From positions 1-59,090 of the IMG/VR virus record IMGVR_UViG_3300005581_000015: a DNA stretch of 59,090 bases. One strand, given 5' to 3'. Position numbers and translations under genes: made by a program. Source of the stretch: a virus. Its lineage: Duplodnaviria; Caudoviricetes. A model generated the notes under the pieces. It searched no databases. It was not told the DNA's origin and worked only from the letters and a program-made list of their open reading frames with translations. Of this stretch, positions 1 through 9,508 are shown piece by piece. Each line of letters starts with the position of its first letter. The first letter of the stretch is position 1.

Positions 1-1
1 A

Positions 2-1264
2 TTAACATTTACAGGGGCAAGTAGCCAGTATGCCACTACAGCTACTACTCTTTTTAACTCTACAACAACCAATACGTACAGCGTAAACCTCTGGGTATAC
101 CCTACAGGTGCTGGGCAAATGGTATCTGTAAATGGGCAGTCAACACCCAACACAGGGTACCATTATACAGCCATGGAAATAACGGCTGCAGGGTTAATAT
201 ATTTTGGCCAGTGGGTGCCAGGTATGACTACTGTTGCTACTAGTTCGCAAAGTCTAAATGCATGGTATAATTTAGTTCTTACTTATAACGGCACTACGGC
301 TACTGCATATGTTAACGGGGTAAGCGTAGGGTCTAATACTATTGGATGGAATGCTCCAGGTGCTTCTACATTCTTTGCAATAATGTCGCAAGATACTACC
401 AATATGTCTAGCTCTACAGCTTACGCCAGCGGGAGTGTCGGAGCATTTTCTGTTTATAATCGCGCACTAACAGCAGCCGAAGTGGTACAAAATTACAATG
501 CCTTACGTAATAGATATGCATTGCCAGCGGTCACTGCAACTCAAATGCCCGTAGTACAAAGACAGTTAAGTTCCGGAACATTATTAGTCAACAGTGGCGG
601 GTTTGATGAATTCACTGGCGTAGCCAGTGTTGTTGAGGGATTGATTGCATACTACGATCCTGCCTACTCCTCAAGTTATTCTGGCACCGGCGCCAACTTA
701 TATAATTTAGTAGACGGAGTTGCGGCCACATTGAATGGAACATACAGTGCCGGTACGGCTGCTGTGGGCACCAGCGTATCCGGCACGCAAACAATTCGAT
801 TAACCAACAGTAATCTTGTAACAGCAACAAATAATATTAGTCACATACAAGCACCAAGTTTTACAAACATAACCACAGTGAGTATTTGGTTTTATCAGCA
901 CACTTACAATGACATTGCACGGTACATACTTGATGGTAGAACCGGTGGCGGTGAAGGTTGGATCTACAATGGCAGTATTGGGTCAAACTGGTCCACTGGT
1001 ATTGTGTATGTCAACGGTGGTGCAAGCTCAGGCACACCATCCTGGCTTAACTGGGGCGGAACCGCAACCGGTGTATGGAAAAATGTAACATTTATTACAA
1101 GCTCAGGCACACCATTCACTGATGACATTAATATTTTCTCTAGATTTTCAGACAACGAGGGTTTAGATGTGACCTTTGGTCCTATATTGATTTATAATCG
1201 AGTGTTGACACAAGCAGAGAATCTACTGAATTTCAACGCTCTACGTAATAGATACGGAATTTAA
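2..1264 (+). CDS. LamG/concanavalin A-like lectin-domain virion (tail fibre/adhesin) protein, 5'-truncated by the window
   Basis: Frame is open from base 2 (LTFTGASSQY...VNLWVYP). Two tandem LamG-like units end YNRALTAAEVVQNYNALRNRY and YNRVLTQAENLLNFNALRNRY; the WYNLVLTYNG..AYVNG motif is present. Confidence 0.75.
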   Translation, partial: LTFTGASSQYATTATTLFNSTTTNTYSVNLWVYPTGAGQMVSVNGQSTPNTGYHYTAMEITAAGLIYFGQWVPGMTTVATSSQSLNAWYNLVLTYNGTTATAYVNGVSVGSNTIGWNAPGASTFFAIMSQDTTNMSSSTAYASGSVGAFSVYNRALTAAEVVQNYNALRNRYALPAVTATQMPVVQRQLSSGTLLVNSGGFDEFTGVASVVEGLIAYYDPAYSSSYSGTGANLYNLVDGVAATLNGTYSAGTAAVGTSVSGTQTIRLTNSNLVTATNNISHIQAPSFTNITTVSIWFYQHTYNDIARYILDGRTGGGEGWIYNGSIGSNWSTGIVYVNGGASSGTPSWLNWGGTATGVWKNVTFITSSGTPFTDDINIFSRFSDNEGLDVTFGPILIYNRVLTQAENLLNFNALRNRYGI

Positions 1265-1284
1265 CTCGCGGTAAATATACAACT

Positions 1285-2523
1285 ATGGCAAAACTCAACT
1301 CCGGAACACGAATTTATGGTAACGTAACAATAGATACGTTTGTAACAGCCACAGGTAACGTTACAGGTGGTAATGTAACCACAACTGGTATTGCAAACAT
1401 CGGCACACTAACTGTAACTGGTAACACTTCATTGACCGGCAATGCTAGTTTTGGTAATATTACTGGCACCACAATAACTTCGATTGGTAATTTAACTGCA
1501 CCAAATATTTCAGTAGATAAAATCGTTGGCTCAGGAATGAATGTGAGTTCAACAGGCAATTTATTGTTGTCCGGCACCGGCAATGTTTTATTATTCTCGT
1601 CGGGTCAGATTAATTTAAATGCTGTTGGCAATATCACAGCCAACAGCAAAAACATCACCGGTGTGGCAGATCCAGTACAAGCTCAAGATGCTGCCACAAA
1701 GAACTATGTTGACGGAGCATACACTGCGGGCAATGGTATTGCAGTCACCAGCAGAGTAATTTCAGTAAAAACTGACGGTGTAACAACATCAATCAATGCT
1801 GGCAATGTTGTAGTACCAGCTGGAGCAGTATTCACCACACCAAACATTGGCGCTGCCACAGGTACTAGTTTAACTACATCTGGTAATGTCACTGCACTTG
1901 TACTCAAAACTGCAAATATCAGCGTTGATTTAGATTCCATAGATTCCACAGCAAATCTTGAAATCACTGCCAGTGCTGGCAAAACAATTGCAATCTACAA
2001 TGGCAGCGGCTCAAGCATTGATGTTTTGACCACTGGTATCACACTGGAAACTGTTGGCGGCGCAACCACGTATGCCTGGACGTTTGCAAACACAGGTAAC
2101 ACCACTTTACCAACCAGCGGATCGTTGACATCCACTGGCAATATCTCAGCGGCAAACCTAATAGCGTCAAGCAACGTAAGCGCCACTGGCAATGTATCCG
2201 GCACATATTTCCTGGGCAACGGGTCACTGTTAACGGGTGTTGTCACCAGCGTTTCAAGTCTATCAAACGGCAACAGCAATGTAGCAATTAACAGCTCCGG
2301 CGGCAATGTTCAAATAGCTGTAAATGGCGTTGCTAACACTGTGATAATTGGTCAGGGATCAGTTAACATATTGGGACCAATGGCAACTGCCAAAACAATC
2401 ACAGCTAATTCTGCGGTTGCAGACAATATGAATGCAATCTTAATAAGCCCAGTGACAATTGGCAACGGGGTTTCTTTAACAGTGCCCGACACATCAACAT
2501 TGTATATCTTTACACCAACGTAA
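1285..2523 (+). CDS. Tail fibre-like structural protein
   Basis: G/N/T-rich beta repeats (GNVTGGN, TGNIS), a DPVQAQDAATKNYVD motif typical of phage fibres, and TAAATA 7 nt upstream. Confidence 0.65.
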   Translation: MAKLNSGTRIYGNVTIDTFVTATGNVTGGNVTTTGIANIGTLTVTGNTSLTGNASFGNITGTTITSIGNLTAPNISVDKIVGSGMNVSSTGNLLLSGTGNVLLFSSGQINLNAVGNITANSKNITGVADPVQAQDAATKNYVDGAYTAGNGIAVTSRVISVKTDGVTTSINAGNVVVPAGAVFTTPNIGAATGTSLTTSGNVTALVLKTANISVDLDSIDSTANLEITASAGKTIAIYNGSGSSIDVLTTGITLETVGGATTYAWTFANTGNTTLPTSGSLTSTGNISAANLIASSNVSATGNVSGTYFLGNGSLLTGVVTSVSSLSNGNSNVAINSSGGNVQIAVNGVANTVIIGQGSVNILGPMATAKTITANSAVADNMNAILISPVTIGNGVSLTVPDTSTLYIFTPT

Positions 2524-2556
2524 AGGTAAATATTAGGACAAAAGGACAGATTTAAC

Positions 2557-3969
2557 ATGGCAATCACACTAGACGGAACCACAGGTATTACAGCATCGGG
2601 CAACATCACCGGCGGCAATTTGATCACATCCGGAAGTTTGGTCGTTACCGGTAACACTGCAACAACTTTTTCTGGTAATGTAAACATGGGCACTAAAAAC
2701 ATTATTAATTTAGCCGAACCAGTTAATTCACAAGATGCTGCCACAAAATACTATGTTGACAATGTTGCCCAGGGATTACATACACACGATAGTTGTAATG
2801 CAGCCACAACGACTACATTGGCAAGTATTTCCGGTGGTACTGTTACATATAACAACGGTACTAGTGGAGTTGGCGCCACATTGACAACAACAGGAACATA
2901 CACAACTATTGACGGTGTGACATTGAGCAATGGCATGCGTATTTTAGTTAAGAATGAAGTGACTGCCGCAAATAACGGTATCTATGATAGAACAAGTGCA
3001 ACAGTGTTAACACGTTCAGATGACTTTGATACCACAGCAGAAATGGCAGGCGGTGACTTTACATTTGTTACTGCGGGTACATTGTACGACAATACTGGTT
3101 GGGTAATGACTGATGTGGTAACTACAGTTGGTACAACGCCGGTTAATTGGGCACAGTTTTCAGGTGCTGGAACTTATCAAGCAGGCACAGGCTTAACATT
3201 AACTGGTGCTGTTTTCTCGGTCAATGCTAGTCAAACACAAGTTACTTCGGTGGGCACATTAGGATCACTAGCAGTTACAGGTAATATCAGCGGTGGAAAC
3301 TTGGTTGGCGTTGCTAATGTTAATTCAACAACATTTACAGGCACTACGATAAACGTCACTGGCAATGCCAACGTTGGTAACTTGGGTGCCACAACAGTGG
3401 TTGCAACCACATTGACAGGCACACTATCCACTGCCGCACAAACTAATATTACTTCCCTGGGCACGTTGTCTGGGCTAACAGTTAGTGGTATTATACAGCC
3501 CAACGCCAACGCCTCAATTGATCTTGGTGCCACAGCCGCACGTTTTAACAACGTTTATGGTGTGACATTTATTGGTATTTCTAATCAAGCCAAATACGCT
3601 GACTTGGCAGAGAATTATCAAGCTGATGCAGAATACGCACCAGGTACAGTTGTATCCTTTGGTGGCAGTGAAGAAGTTACAGTATCAGCCATGGATGCTG
3701 ATACCACAGTTGCTGGTGTTGTGTCTGGAAATCCAGCCTATCTAATGAATAGTCATCAAGAAGGCACACACGTAACTGCTCTAGCACTGCAAGGTCGAGT
3801 ATTATGTAATGTCACTGGTTTTATTAACAAAGGTGACATGCTAGTATCTGCAGGTAACGGTCGAGCAAGAGCTGAAAAAACACCCGGTGTTGGTACTGTG
3901 ATTGGTAAAGCATTACAGAACCATGCTGGTGGCAACGGCGCCATTGAAGTTGTGGTTGGTGTTAGATAA
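2557..3969 (+). CDS. Tail fibre protein with C-terminal intramolecular-chaperone/autocleavage-like domain
   Basis: QDAATKYYVD motif, an RILVKNE..ANNGIY..LTRSDDFD fibre segment, and C-terminal YADLAENY...PGTVV..GG...GVVS.NPAYLMN...VIGKAL. Confidence 0.7.
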   Translation: MAITLDGTTGITASGNITGGNLITSGSLVVTGNTATTFSGNVNMGTKNIINLAEPVNSQDAATKYYVDNVAQGLHTHDSCNAATTTTLASISGGTVTYNNGTSGVGATLTTTGTYTTIDGVTLSNGMRILVKNEVTAANNGIYDRTSATVLTRSDDFDTTAEMAGGDFTFVTAGTLYDNTGWVMTDVVTTVGTTPVNWAQFSGAGTYQAGTGLTLTGAVFSVNASQTQVTSVGTLGSLAVTGNISGGNLVGVANVNSTTFTGTTINVTGNANVGNLGATTVVATTLTGTLSTAAQTNITSLGTLSGLTVSGIIQPNANASIDLGATAARFNNVYGVTFIGISNQAKYADLAENYQADAEYAPGTVVSFGGSEEVTVSAMDADTTVAGVVSGNPAYLMNSHQEGTHVTALALQGRVLCNVTGFINKGDMLVSAGNGRARAEKTPGVGTVIGKALQNHAGGNGAIEVVVGVR

Positions 3970-4393
3970 CGTTGTTTAAAACTATGGCAAGTTTTTCTTG
4001 CACAACCTCAATGTTAACCATATTCCACAGCCCAGGATGCATGGGTTTGGGCCAGTTCCGGTAATCAATCCAGGCATAGCCAAGGTGCTCGTTGTTGAGT
4101 ACCGGTAAAAATTCCTGGTCCAACACACAGATAAACGTGTTGTAGGCAAAACTTTGATTTGCGCTAGTAAATCTTTCTATCGGCAGCAATTTTTGATTCT
4201 TTGGAAACACCCCAATTTCTTCAAGACATTCTCGTTCTATTGCTTGCAAGAGGGTTTCACCAGGTTCAACTTTACCACCTGGCAGTCCCCAGGTGTTGGG
4301 ATGTTTTACGTCATTGCGTAAAAGATAAAGATATCTCTGTGTTGATCTACTATAAAACCAAACCCCAACAGCGTTTATAATACTATGTTCCAT
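3962..4393 (-). CDS. NUDIX hydrolase
   Basis: Nudix box WGLPGGKVEPGETLLQAIERECLEEIG. Confidence 0.9.
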   Translation of the reverse strand: MEHSIINAVGVWFYSRSTQRYLYLLRNDVKHPNTWGLPGGKVEPGETLLQAIERECLEEIGVFPKNQKLLPIERFTSANQSFAYNTFICVLDQEFLPVLNNEHLGYAWIDYRNWPKPMHPGLWNMVNIEVVQEKLAIVLNNVI

Positions 4394-5796
4394 TGTCCTG
4401 CCCGGTAAAGACCATCGTAACTCTTGTACCAGTGTGCTCCATCCCAGCGATACTGTATACTTGTGGTTATGTTGGTTACATATTGTAGGTCAGTTATTTC
4501 CCGACTGTTGAACACCACACGCCATTTGGCCCCGTCGTATTCAATGATATCGTTGGCCTCAGCAATCAATGCCTGACCAATATTACCTTCCCACCCAGTG
4601 GGATTGCTGGTATTATCAATGTTTCCGGTGCTCTCAGTCAACAAATATCGCTGACCGTAAACTGGTGCAGGCAATCCACCATTGGGAATAGCGGAGTCTC
4701 CACGATTGGGTCCACTAAGCAATGGATTAATAATTGCATCAACTGGTAATAGCGTATTTCCTGGGATTGTATCTGTGTCAATGGAGAACAGCATAAATCT
4801 ATCGTCGGCGGGGTTATAAGCAATGGTGCCAACAATAGAACTATCCGGATCCCAGGGATTATCTAAAGTAATGTAGCTAATTCCGTCTCTTAGTACGCCG
4901 TATGCTCCGACTACCGAGTGCCAGAGTATCTGTTGATCAATTGGAGAATCAAAAGGATCTTCGCTGGTTATGGGTTCAGACAGCACCGTTGACTGCTTGA
5001 CAACCTGTAGTTGTCCATTTAATAGCACAACTCCGTAGCCATATGGGGTTACTTTTTGTCTTGTGCCTAATAGTAAATCATTGTCAAGTACTGCATTGCT
5101 AGCATCACCGTTACCATCATATATTGAAGTAATAATACGTTCAATGACACCCAGTTTCTTAACTTTCGCAGGACTACTGATCCAAATTGGTATGTTAAAT
5201 TTTAGTGTGGCAATGTCAATGGGGTCTTCGGTTCCTTGCGGAATATTTCTACTGCTCCAGGTCACACTATCTAAATTAACCACGCTAAGGCTGGTCCAGT
5301 CAATGTAGTTGTCAGTATTTTGTATTTCCAATGCTGGGTTAAACAATGTCAATATTTGTTCAAGTAGTTGAAGCTTTTGATTGGTGTTACTAGTCCAGAT
5401 ATCTAAATTTAACCCCAACTTATATGGAACAGGCATCAGTCTCTCAATGGTAAATGCATTGCCTTGAGTGGTTTCGTAACTGTCAGTGGATTCATCATAG
5501 GTTCGTTGGCGAACCTGTATTTTATCAACAAAGTACGGTTCTTGTAATCTTGGACGGTCATACTCTAATGCATTGATGTAAAAGGTCATCAACGGAGTTG
5601 ACGGCATCATGTTAGCACTATTCTGTTGAATAATAGTTTGTGCCTGACGACTTGCATCACCATAACGAATTGGCACACGTATCAATGCCTGTGCGCCGTC
5701 AGTGTCTGTGCCATACTCTACTTGGAAATTGCTCAACATGCGAGTAAACTGTAATAGATACCTGCGTATCTGCTCTGAATAGAAAAATTGTTGCAT
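4375..5796 (-). CDS. Tail completion/sheath stabiliser (T4 gp15-like) with C-terminal extension
   Basis: N-terminal FFYSEQIRRYLLQF, VPIRYG, MPVPYKL..NLDIW and QLLEQIL.LFNP resemble gp15; it lies next to the gp14-like gene. Confidence 0.7.
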   Translation of the reverse strand: MQQFFYSEQIRRYLLQFTRMLSNFQVEYGTDTDGAQALIRVPIRYGDASRQAQTIIQQNSANMMPSTPLMTFYINALEYDRPRLQEPYFVDKIQVRQRTYDESTDSYETTQGNAFTIERLMPVPYKLGLNLDIWTSNTNQKLQLLEQILTLFNPALEIQNTDNYIDWTSLSVVNLDSVTWSSRNIPQGTEDPIDIATLKFNIPIWISSPAKVKKLGVIERIITSIYDGNGDASNAVLDNDLLLGTRQKVTPYGYGVVLLNGQLQVVKQSTVLSEPITSEDPFDSPIDQQILWHSVVGAYGVLRDGISYITLDNPWDPDSSIVGTIAYNPADDRFMLFSIDTDTIPGNTLLPVDAIINPLLSGPNRGDSAIPNGGLPAPVYGQRYLLTESTGNIDNTSNPTGWEGNIGQALIAEANDIIEYDGAKWRVVFNSREITDLQYVTNITTSIQYRWDGAHWYKSYDGLYRAGQWNIVL

Positions 5797-5803
5797 AATT
5801 TAA

Positions 5804-7123
5804 TTAGCCACCGTTGTCAGCTTTGGGAATGAGTGCGTCATTTAAACTTTGTCGTTGTGGAATTGGACCACGGTCTGTGGTTGCAGTTTGTGCAGTGTTA
5901 TTAACAAAGCTAGACCGCAGGGTTTTGTTCTCTGCCCCAGGTGTGAGTTGTGTTCTAACAACTTCTTCAATTTTAACCCAGGCAGCTCCGTTGTAACGGA
6001 ACAAGCGATGCGGGTAGTAATCTAACCGCAGTGCGTACTCTCCAAGGCTTGGATTTACTGGGAACGAAACACCAGGAGTAACTGGTAATCCGTTTGGCGC
6101 AATTCCGTCGCCAGTTAAATACCCTTGTGTATATCCATCACTGCGAGGTGTTTCGTTGTCTTCGGCCACTGTTCTATCTAGTGTAGTGCCTACGAAATCG
6201 GCAGTAACAACATATGAGTTTGCTGGAGTACCATCTGGGTTGGTTGGTAAAATATAAAACTTGACAGTGTCGTATCCACTCTTTGGTATCTCGGCTTCGG
6301 CTTGAATCAAGATAGCATCGTTGATTTCTAGATCCTTTGGACGAGTGGTAATCTTATCTTCGGCTGTTGCTGGAGTTTTCTCCATCCAATAGTCAGTGTT
6401 GGTAATGTCCGTGCCCGACGGAACATTTTGTTTGGCAATGTAATATGTATTACCATAGTTAACTGTGGTACCACCAGGATAAAAGTTTCCGTCATCCCAA
6501 ATGTTTTCTGCTTCAAATGGCTCTTTGAGAATATCTTTGTATTCTTGCGCATTCACCATTGGCGTGGCTTTGACACGCCACAAGTGTGGTAACCAAGTTT
6601 GGCTAAAGCCTTCACTGGCAAATGCTGCATCTTGAATTACATAAAATTTTGGAATTGCTCGCGGTATACTTTGACTTAAAGGATTGTAATCACGTAAGTT
6701 GGGAATTTCTAACACGTCACCACTCATGAGTTTACGTCCAAATGTGTCAATCATTTCATTGTAATGAAATGTTAGAAACAGCGTGTCGTTGTTTAAGAAT
6801 AATCCAAACTGTGTGAGATCAAAATCAATATCTTGGGTATTGTAAACAGCTCGCATAACAAACACACTACTGTCATAACTACGATCTCTGTTTTCTAATA
6901 ACAACAAGTCTTCAATGAATAGTGGACTTTCAAAACTGTAGGCTGGTTGAGTAGCATCTTGATTAACCAATGGTTCTGTGCTGTCGGGGTTACTAGCTTT
7001 TGGTCCCAAATACTTGTGCACATATACATCTACACCGCCAACAGTGTACATTTCACGGATGGTGCGATCTAAAAATTGATAATCATTGGTACGGTTTGGG
7101 CGGTATAAACTTAATCTTGGCAT
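5804..7123 (-). CDS. Neck/head-closure protein (T4 gp14-like)
   Basis: EMYTVGGVDVYVHKY, LTQFGLFL.ND and GDVLEIP resemble gp14; a minus-strand TAAATA lies at 7142-7147. Confidence 0.6.
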   Translation of the reverse strand: MPRLSLYRPNRTNDYQFLDRTIREMYTVGGVDVYVHKYLGPKASNPDSTEPLVNQDATQPAYSFESPLFIEDLLLLENRDRSYDSSVFVMRAVYNTQDIDFDLTQFGLFLNNDTLFLTFHYNEMIDTFGRKLMSGDVLEIPNLRDYNPLSQSIPRAIPKFYVIQDAAFASEGFSQTWLPHLWRVKATPMVNAQEYKDILKEPFEAENIWDDGNFYPGGTTVNYGNTYYIAKQNVPSGTDITNTDYWMEKTPATAEDKITTRPKDLEINDAILIQAEAEIPKSGYDTVKFYILPTNPDGTPANSYVVTADFVGTTLDRTVAEDNETPRSDGYTQGYLTGDGIAPNGLPVTPGVSFPVNPSLGEYALRLDYYPHRLFRYNGAAWVKIEEVVRTQLTPGAENKTLRSSFVNNTAQTATTDRGPIPQRQSLNDALIPKADNGG

Positions 7124-7155
7124 AGTATTGTATCCTGCGTGTATTTATGTACGGG

Positions 7156-7184
7156 TTGACCATTAATTCCCAATCTGCTATAAT
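7156..7184 (+). promoter_or_regulatory. Sigma70-type early promoter
   Basis: TTGACC-N17-TATAAT with extended -10 TG. Confidence 0.8.
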
Positions 7185-7210
7185 TACAGCTTGTCAACAA
7201 AGGAGTCACC

Positions 7211-7468
7211 ATGCTTACAGATGTACAAAGTGCACAAATTAATAATACTGAAGTATACACTTTAGATTACGAGGCAGAAGCCTTGCAAAGCTACCGGGAC
7301 ACCGGCGAGGACTTAATAGACGAGCTTGAGGTACGTGCAACCAATGTTATTTTGGAGCAGACAGCATGGGACGCTCGCGAGGACCTAGGCGGTATCACAG
7401 CGTACTTTCGAGATAGTACTTTAGTAGCATTTTACGATTACGAGCAGTTTCGCGGTACTGTGTTCTAA
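7211..7468 (+). CDS. Small acidic early hypothetical protein
   Basis: AAGGAG Shine-Dalgarno, directly downstream of an early promoter. Confidence 0.7.
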   Translation: MLTDVQSAQINNTEVYTLDYEAEALQSYRDTGEDLIDELEVRATNVILEQTAWDAREDLGGITAYFRDSTLVAFYDYEQFRGTVF

Positions 7469-7489
7469 AAACAACACTTTGTGCAGAGA

Positions 7490-7518
7490 TTGACAACAAA
7501 ACCAATCTCTGCTATAAT
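7490..7518 (+). promoter_or_regulatory. Sigma70-type early promoter
   Basis: TTGACA-N17-TATAAT with extended -10; shares TCTGCTATAATTACAG with the 7156 promoter. Confidence 0.85.
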
Positions 7519-7544
7519 TACAGTTATTGCTTTTTGGAGAACGT

Positions 7545-8684
7545 ATGAAAGTTGCAACAAAACCCGTCAAACTACTAAACCCACGTAGTGCAGATACCAA
7601 TGCCTTGGGCATGGAACCCACGTGGAATACACAGCCCACTGACAATCGATTCAGTGCACTTAGCAAAGCCTTCTCCTGGTACAATTACTTCTACGGCAAA
7701 AAAGATGCTCGTGAAATGGTTGTCAACTATCTTGAATTGCATGACCGCCGAGCAGACGTGCGCACACTCAAACGCATACCAGATAGTTCAATACGATTGA
7801 CTACAGGCTGGCTGTGCCGCATGAGCATGGTGGGACTGGAGCTCAACGATCATGAACAAATTAAATTAGATAACTTGTTAAAAGAAATGCTAGAGTCCAA
7901 ACAGGATGAAGTTGCAGAAGTGGTGTCTGTGGAAGATGCAGTGCCTAGAATCACAATTCAAGACCGATTACGTGAGAAGGTAAGTGAGTGTGCTGGTGAG
8001 ATCGATGGCATGTTTGACGAGTTCATTGACAACGGTGCTAAAATGAGCGCCGACTACAAGCCAATTGCTTTGATGCGTAGTTTAAATATTGCGCCACAAA
8101 TGGTGAGTGTACTTGGCGATATTTGGAAAAAACGCCAAGCTGATTTTGAAGAAGTCGTTGCAGGTAAAGATGCCCAACTTGTTGAAGGTTACAGCCATCT
8201 AAGCAAAATTCAGCTTCGTAATGTGTTGAAGTTTTGTGAGACTGTGGTCAACGACTGTGGAGCATACGTACAGATCAAGAAAGTTGAGCGCAAACCACGC
8301 AAAGCCAAACTCATAAGCCCAGAAAAAGTAACCGCAAAATTCAAGTTCCTCAGAGAGTTTGCTGAGCTTAAACTTAAAAGCGAACCGGTTGCCAAACTTG
8401 CAGAAGCACAAGAAGCTTGGTTATACGACACCGCAAAACGTAAATTGATACACGTTGTAGCCGATAGTCATGCTGGTAGTTTCCGTGTCAAAGGGTCCAG
8501 TGTCATTGGGTTTGATACTGTACAAACACAGCAAAAGACCTTGCGCAAGCCTGCAGAACAGCTCAAAGCGTTTATGTCAGGGGGTAAGCCGGCGGCTAGA
8601 AAGTACTTCAAAGATATCAAGAGTACAGAGGTAAAATGGAATGGTCGGAGTAACGAGAACTTGATCATACTAAGGGTCTACTAA
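7545..8684 (+). CDS. Hypothetical early protein with basic C-terminal half
   Basis: Long ORF; GGAGA SD precedes the ATG at 7545; no recognisable motif. Confidence 0.7.
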   Translation: MKVATKPVKLLNPRSADTNALGMEPTWNTQPTDNRFSALSKAFSWYNYFYGKKDAREMVVNYLELHDRRADVRTLKRIPDSSIRLTTGWLCRMSMVGLELNDHEQIKLDNLLKEMLESKQDEVAEVVSVEDAVPRITIQDRLREKVSECAGEIDGMFDEFIDNGAKMSADYKPIALMRSLNIAPQMVSVLGDIWKKRQADFEEVVAGKDAQLVEGYSHLSKIQLRNVLKFCETVVNDCGAYVQIKKVERKPRKAKLISPEKVTAKFKFLREFAELKLKSEPVAKLAEAQEAWLYDTAKRKLIHVVADSHAGSFRVKGSSVIGFDTVQTQQKTLRKPAEQLKAFMSGGKPAARKYFKDIKSTEVKWNGRSNENLIILRVY

Positions 8685-8704
8685 ATACTGCACTGGAGTG
8701 TAGA

Positions 8705-9466
8705 ATGGAAGAGAACACGTTAGCAACACTAAAACAAAATCTCATTGACTATGTTAAGTTGACACTGGGCAACGACATAATTGATTTAGAATTAGACCCT
8801 GCCCACTATGAAGCGGCGTACCAAAGAACAATTGGTACCTACCGCCAACGTGCTAACAATGCCTATGAAGAAAGCTACAGTTTTTTAGAACTAGTTGACC
8901 AATTGGAAGTCTATACTCTTCCACAAGAAATCATCCAGGTTCGACAGATCTTTCGTAGAACATTTGGTAATAGCCAGGGCCCATTCTCCAGTAGTTACGA
9001 TCCATTCTCACAGGCCAGCTTGAACGTTTACCTAATGAACTTTAACGTAGCCGGCGGACTTGCCACCTATGATTTCTATAGTCAGTATGTTGAGCTGAGT
9101 GCCAAGATGTTTGGCGGGTACCTAAACTACACATTTAACCCAGTGACCAAAAAATTACAGCTGATCCGTAAGCCTGTAGGCACGGGCGAGAACGTTCTGC
9201 TTTGGACCTATAATTTGAAGCCTGAGTTTACACTGTTACAAGACTACCAAATTAGTCAGTGGATTCGAGACTACATGGTGGCATCATGTAAGATGATTAT
9301 TGGTGAAGCTCGTGAAAAGTTTGCCACCATTGCTGGACCACAAGGCGGCAGCACACTAAATGGCGCACAAATGAAAAGCGAAGGCCAGGTTCAAATTGAT
9401 GGCTTGATTGAACAGCTCAAGAACTATGTTGATGGTAGTCAGCCATTGACCTGGGTAATTGGTTAA
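8705..9466 (+). CDS. Neck protein (T4 gp13-like head-tail adaptor)
   Basis: LIDYVKLTLG..IIDLELD, WIRDY..A..K...GEAREKF..I.GPQGG.TLNG resemble gp13; TAAATA at 8682-8687. Confidence 0.8.
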   Translation: MEENTLATLKQNLIDYVKLTLGNDIIDLELDPAHYEAAYQRTIGTYRQRANNAYEESYSFLELVDQLEVYTLPQEIIQVRQIFRRTFGNSQGPFSSSYDPFSQASLNVYLMNFNVAGGLATYDFYSQYVELSAKMFGGYLNYTFNPVTKKLQLIRKPVGTGENVLLWTYNLKPEFTLLQDYQISQWIRDYMVASCKMIIGEAREKFATIAGPQGGSTLNGAQMKSEGQVQIDGLIEQLKNYVDGSQPLTWVIG

Positions 9467-9473
9467 CAACTCC

Positions 9474-9502
9474 TAGACCTTTAATTTAATTTCTTGTATA
9501 AT
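9474..9502 (+). promoter_or_regulatory. Sigma70-type promoter (probably leaderless transcript)
   Basis: TAGACC-N17-TATAAT, with ATG at 9509. Confidence 0.55.
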
Positions 9503-9508
9503 ACACAC

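Noticed and set aside
612-3944. Minus-strand ORFs opposite the fibre genes and similar antisense ORFs elsewhere (e.g. 48033-48799, 24322-24729)
   Set aside because: They are shadows of codon bias in real genes, with no SD, promoter or motifs.
1-3969. Diversity-generating retroelement acting on fibre genes
   Set aside because: No reverse transcriptase and no TR/VR pair differing at adenines seen in the window.
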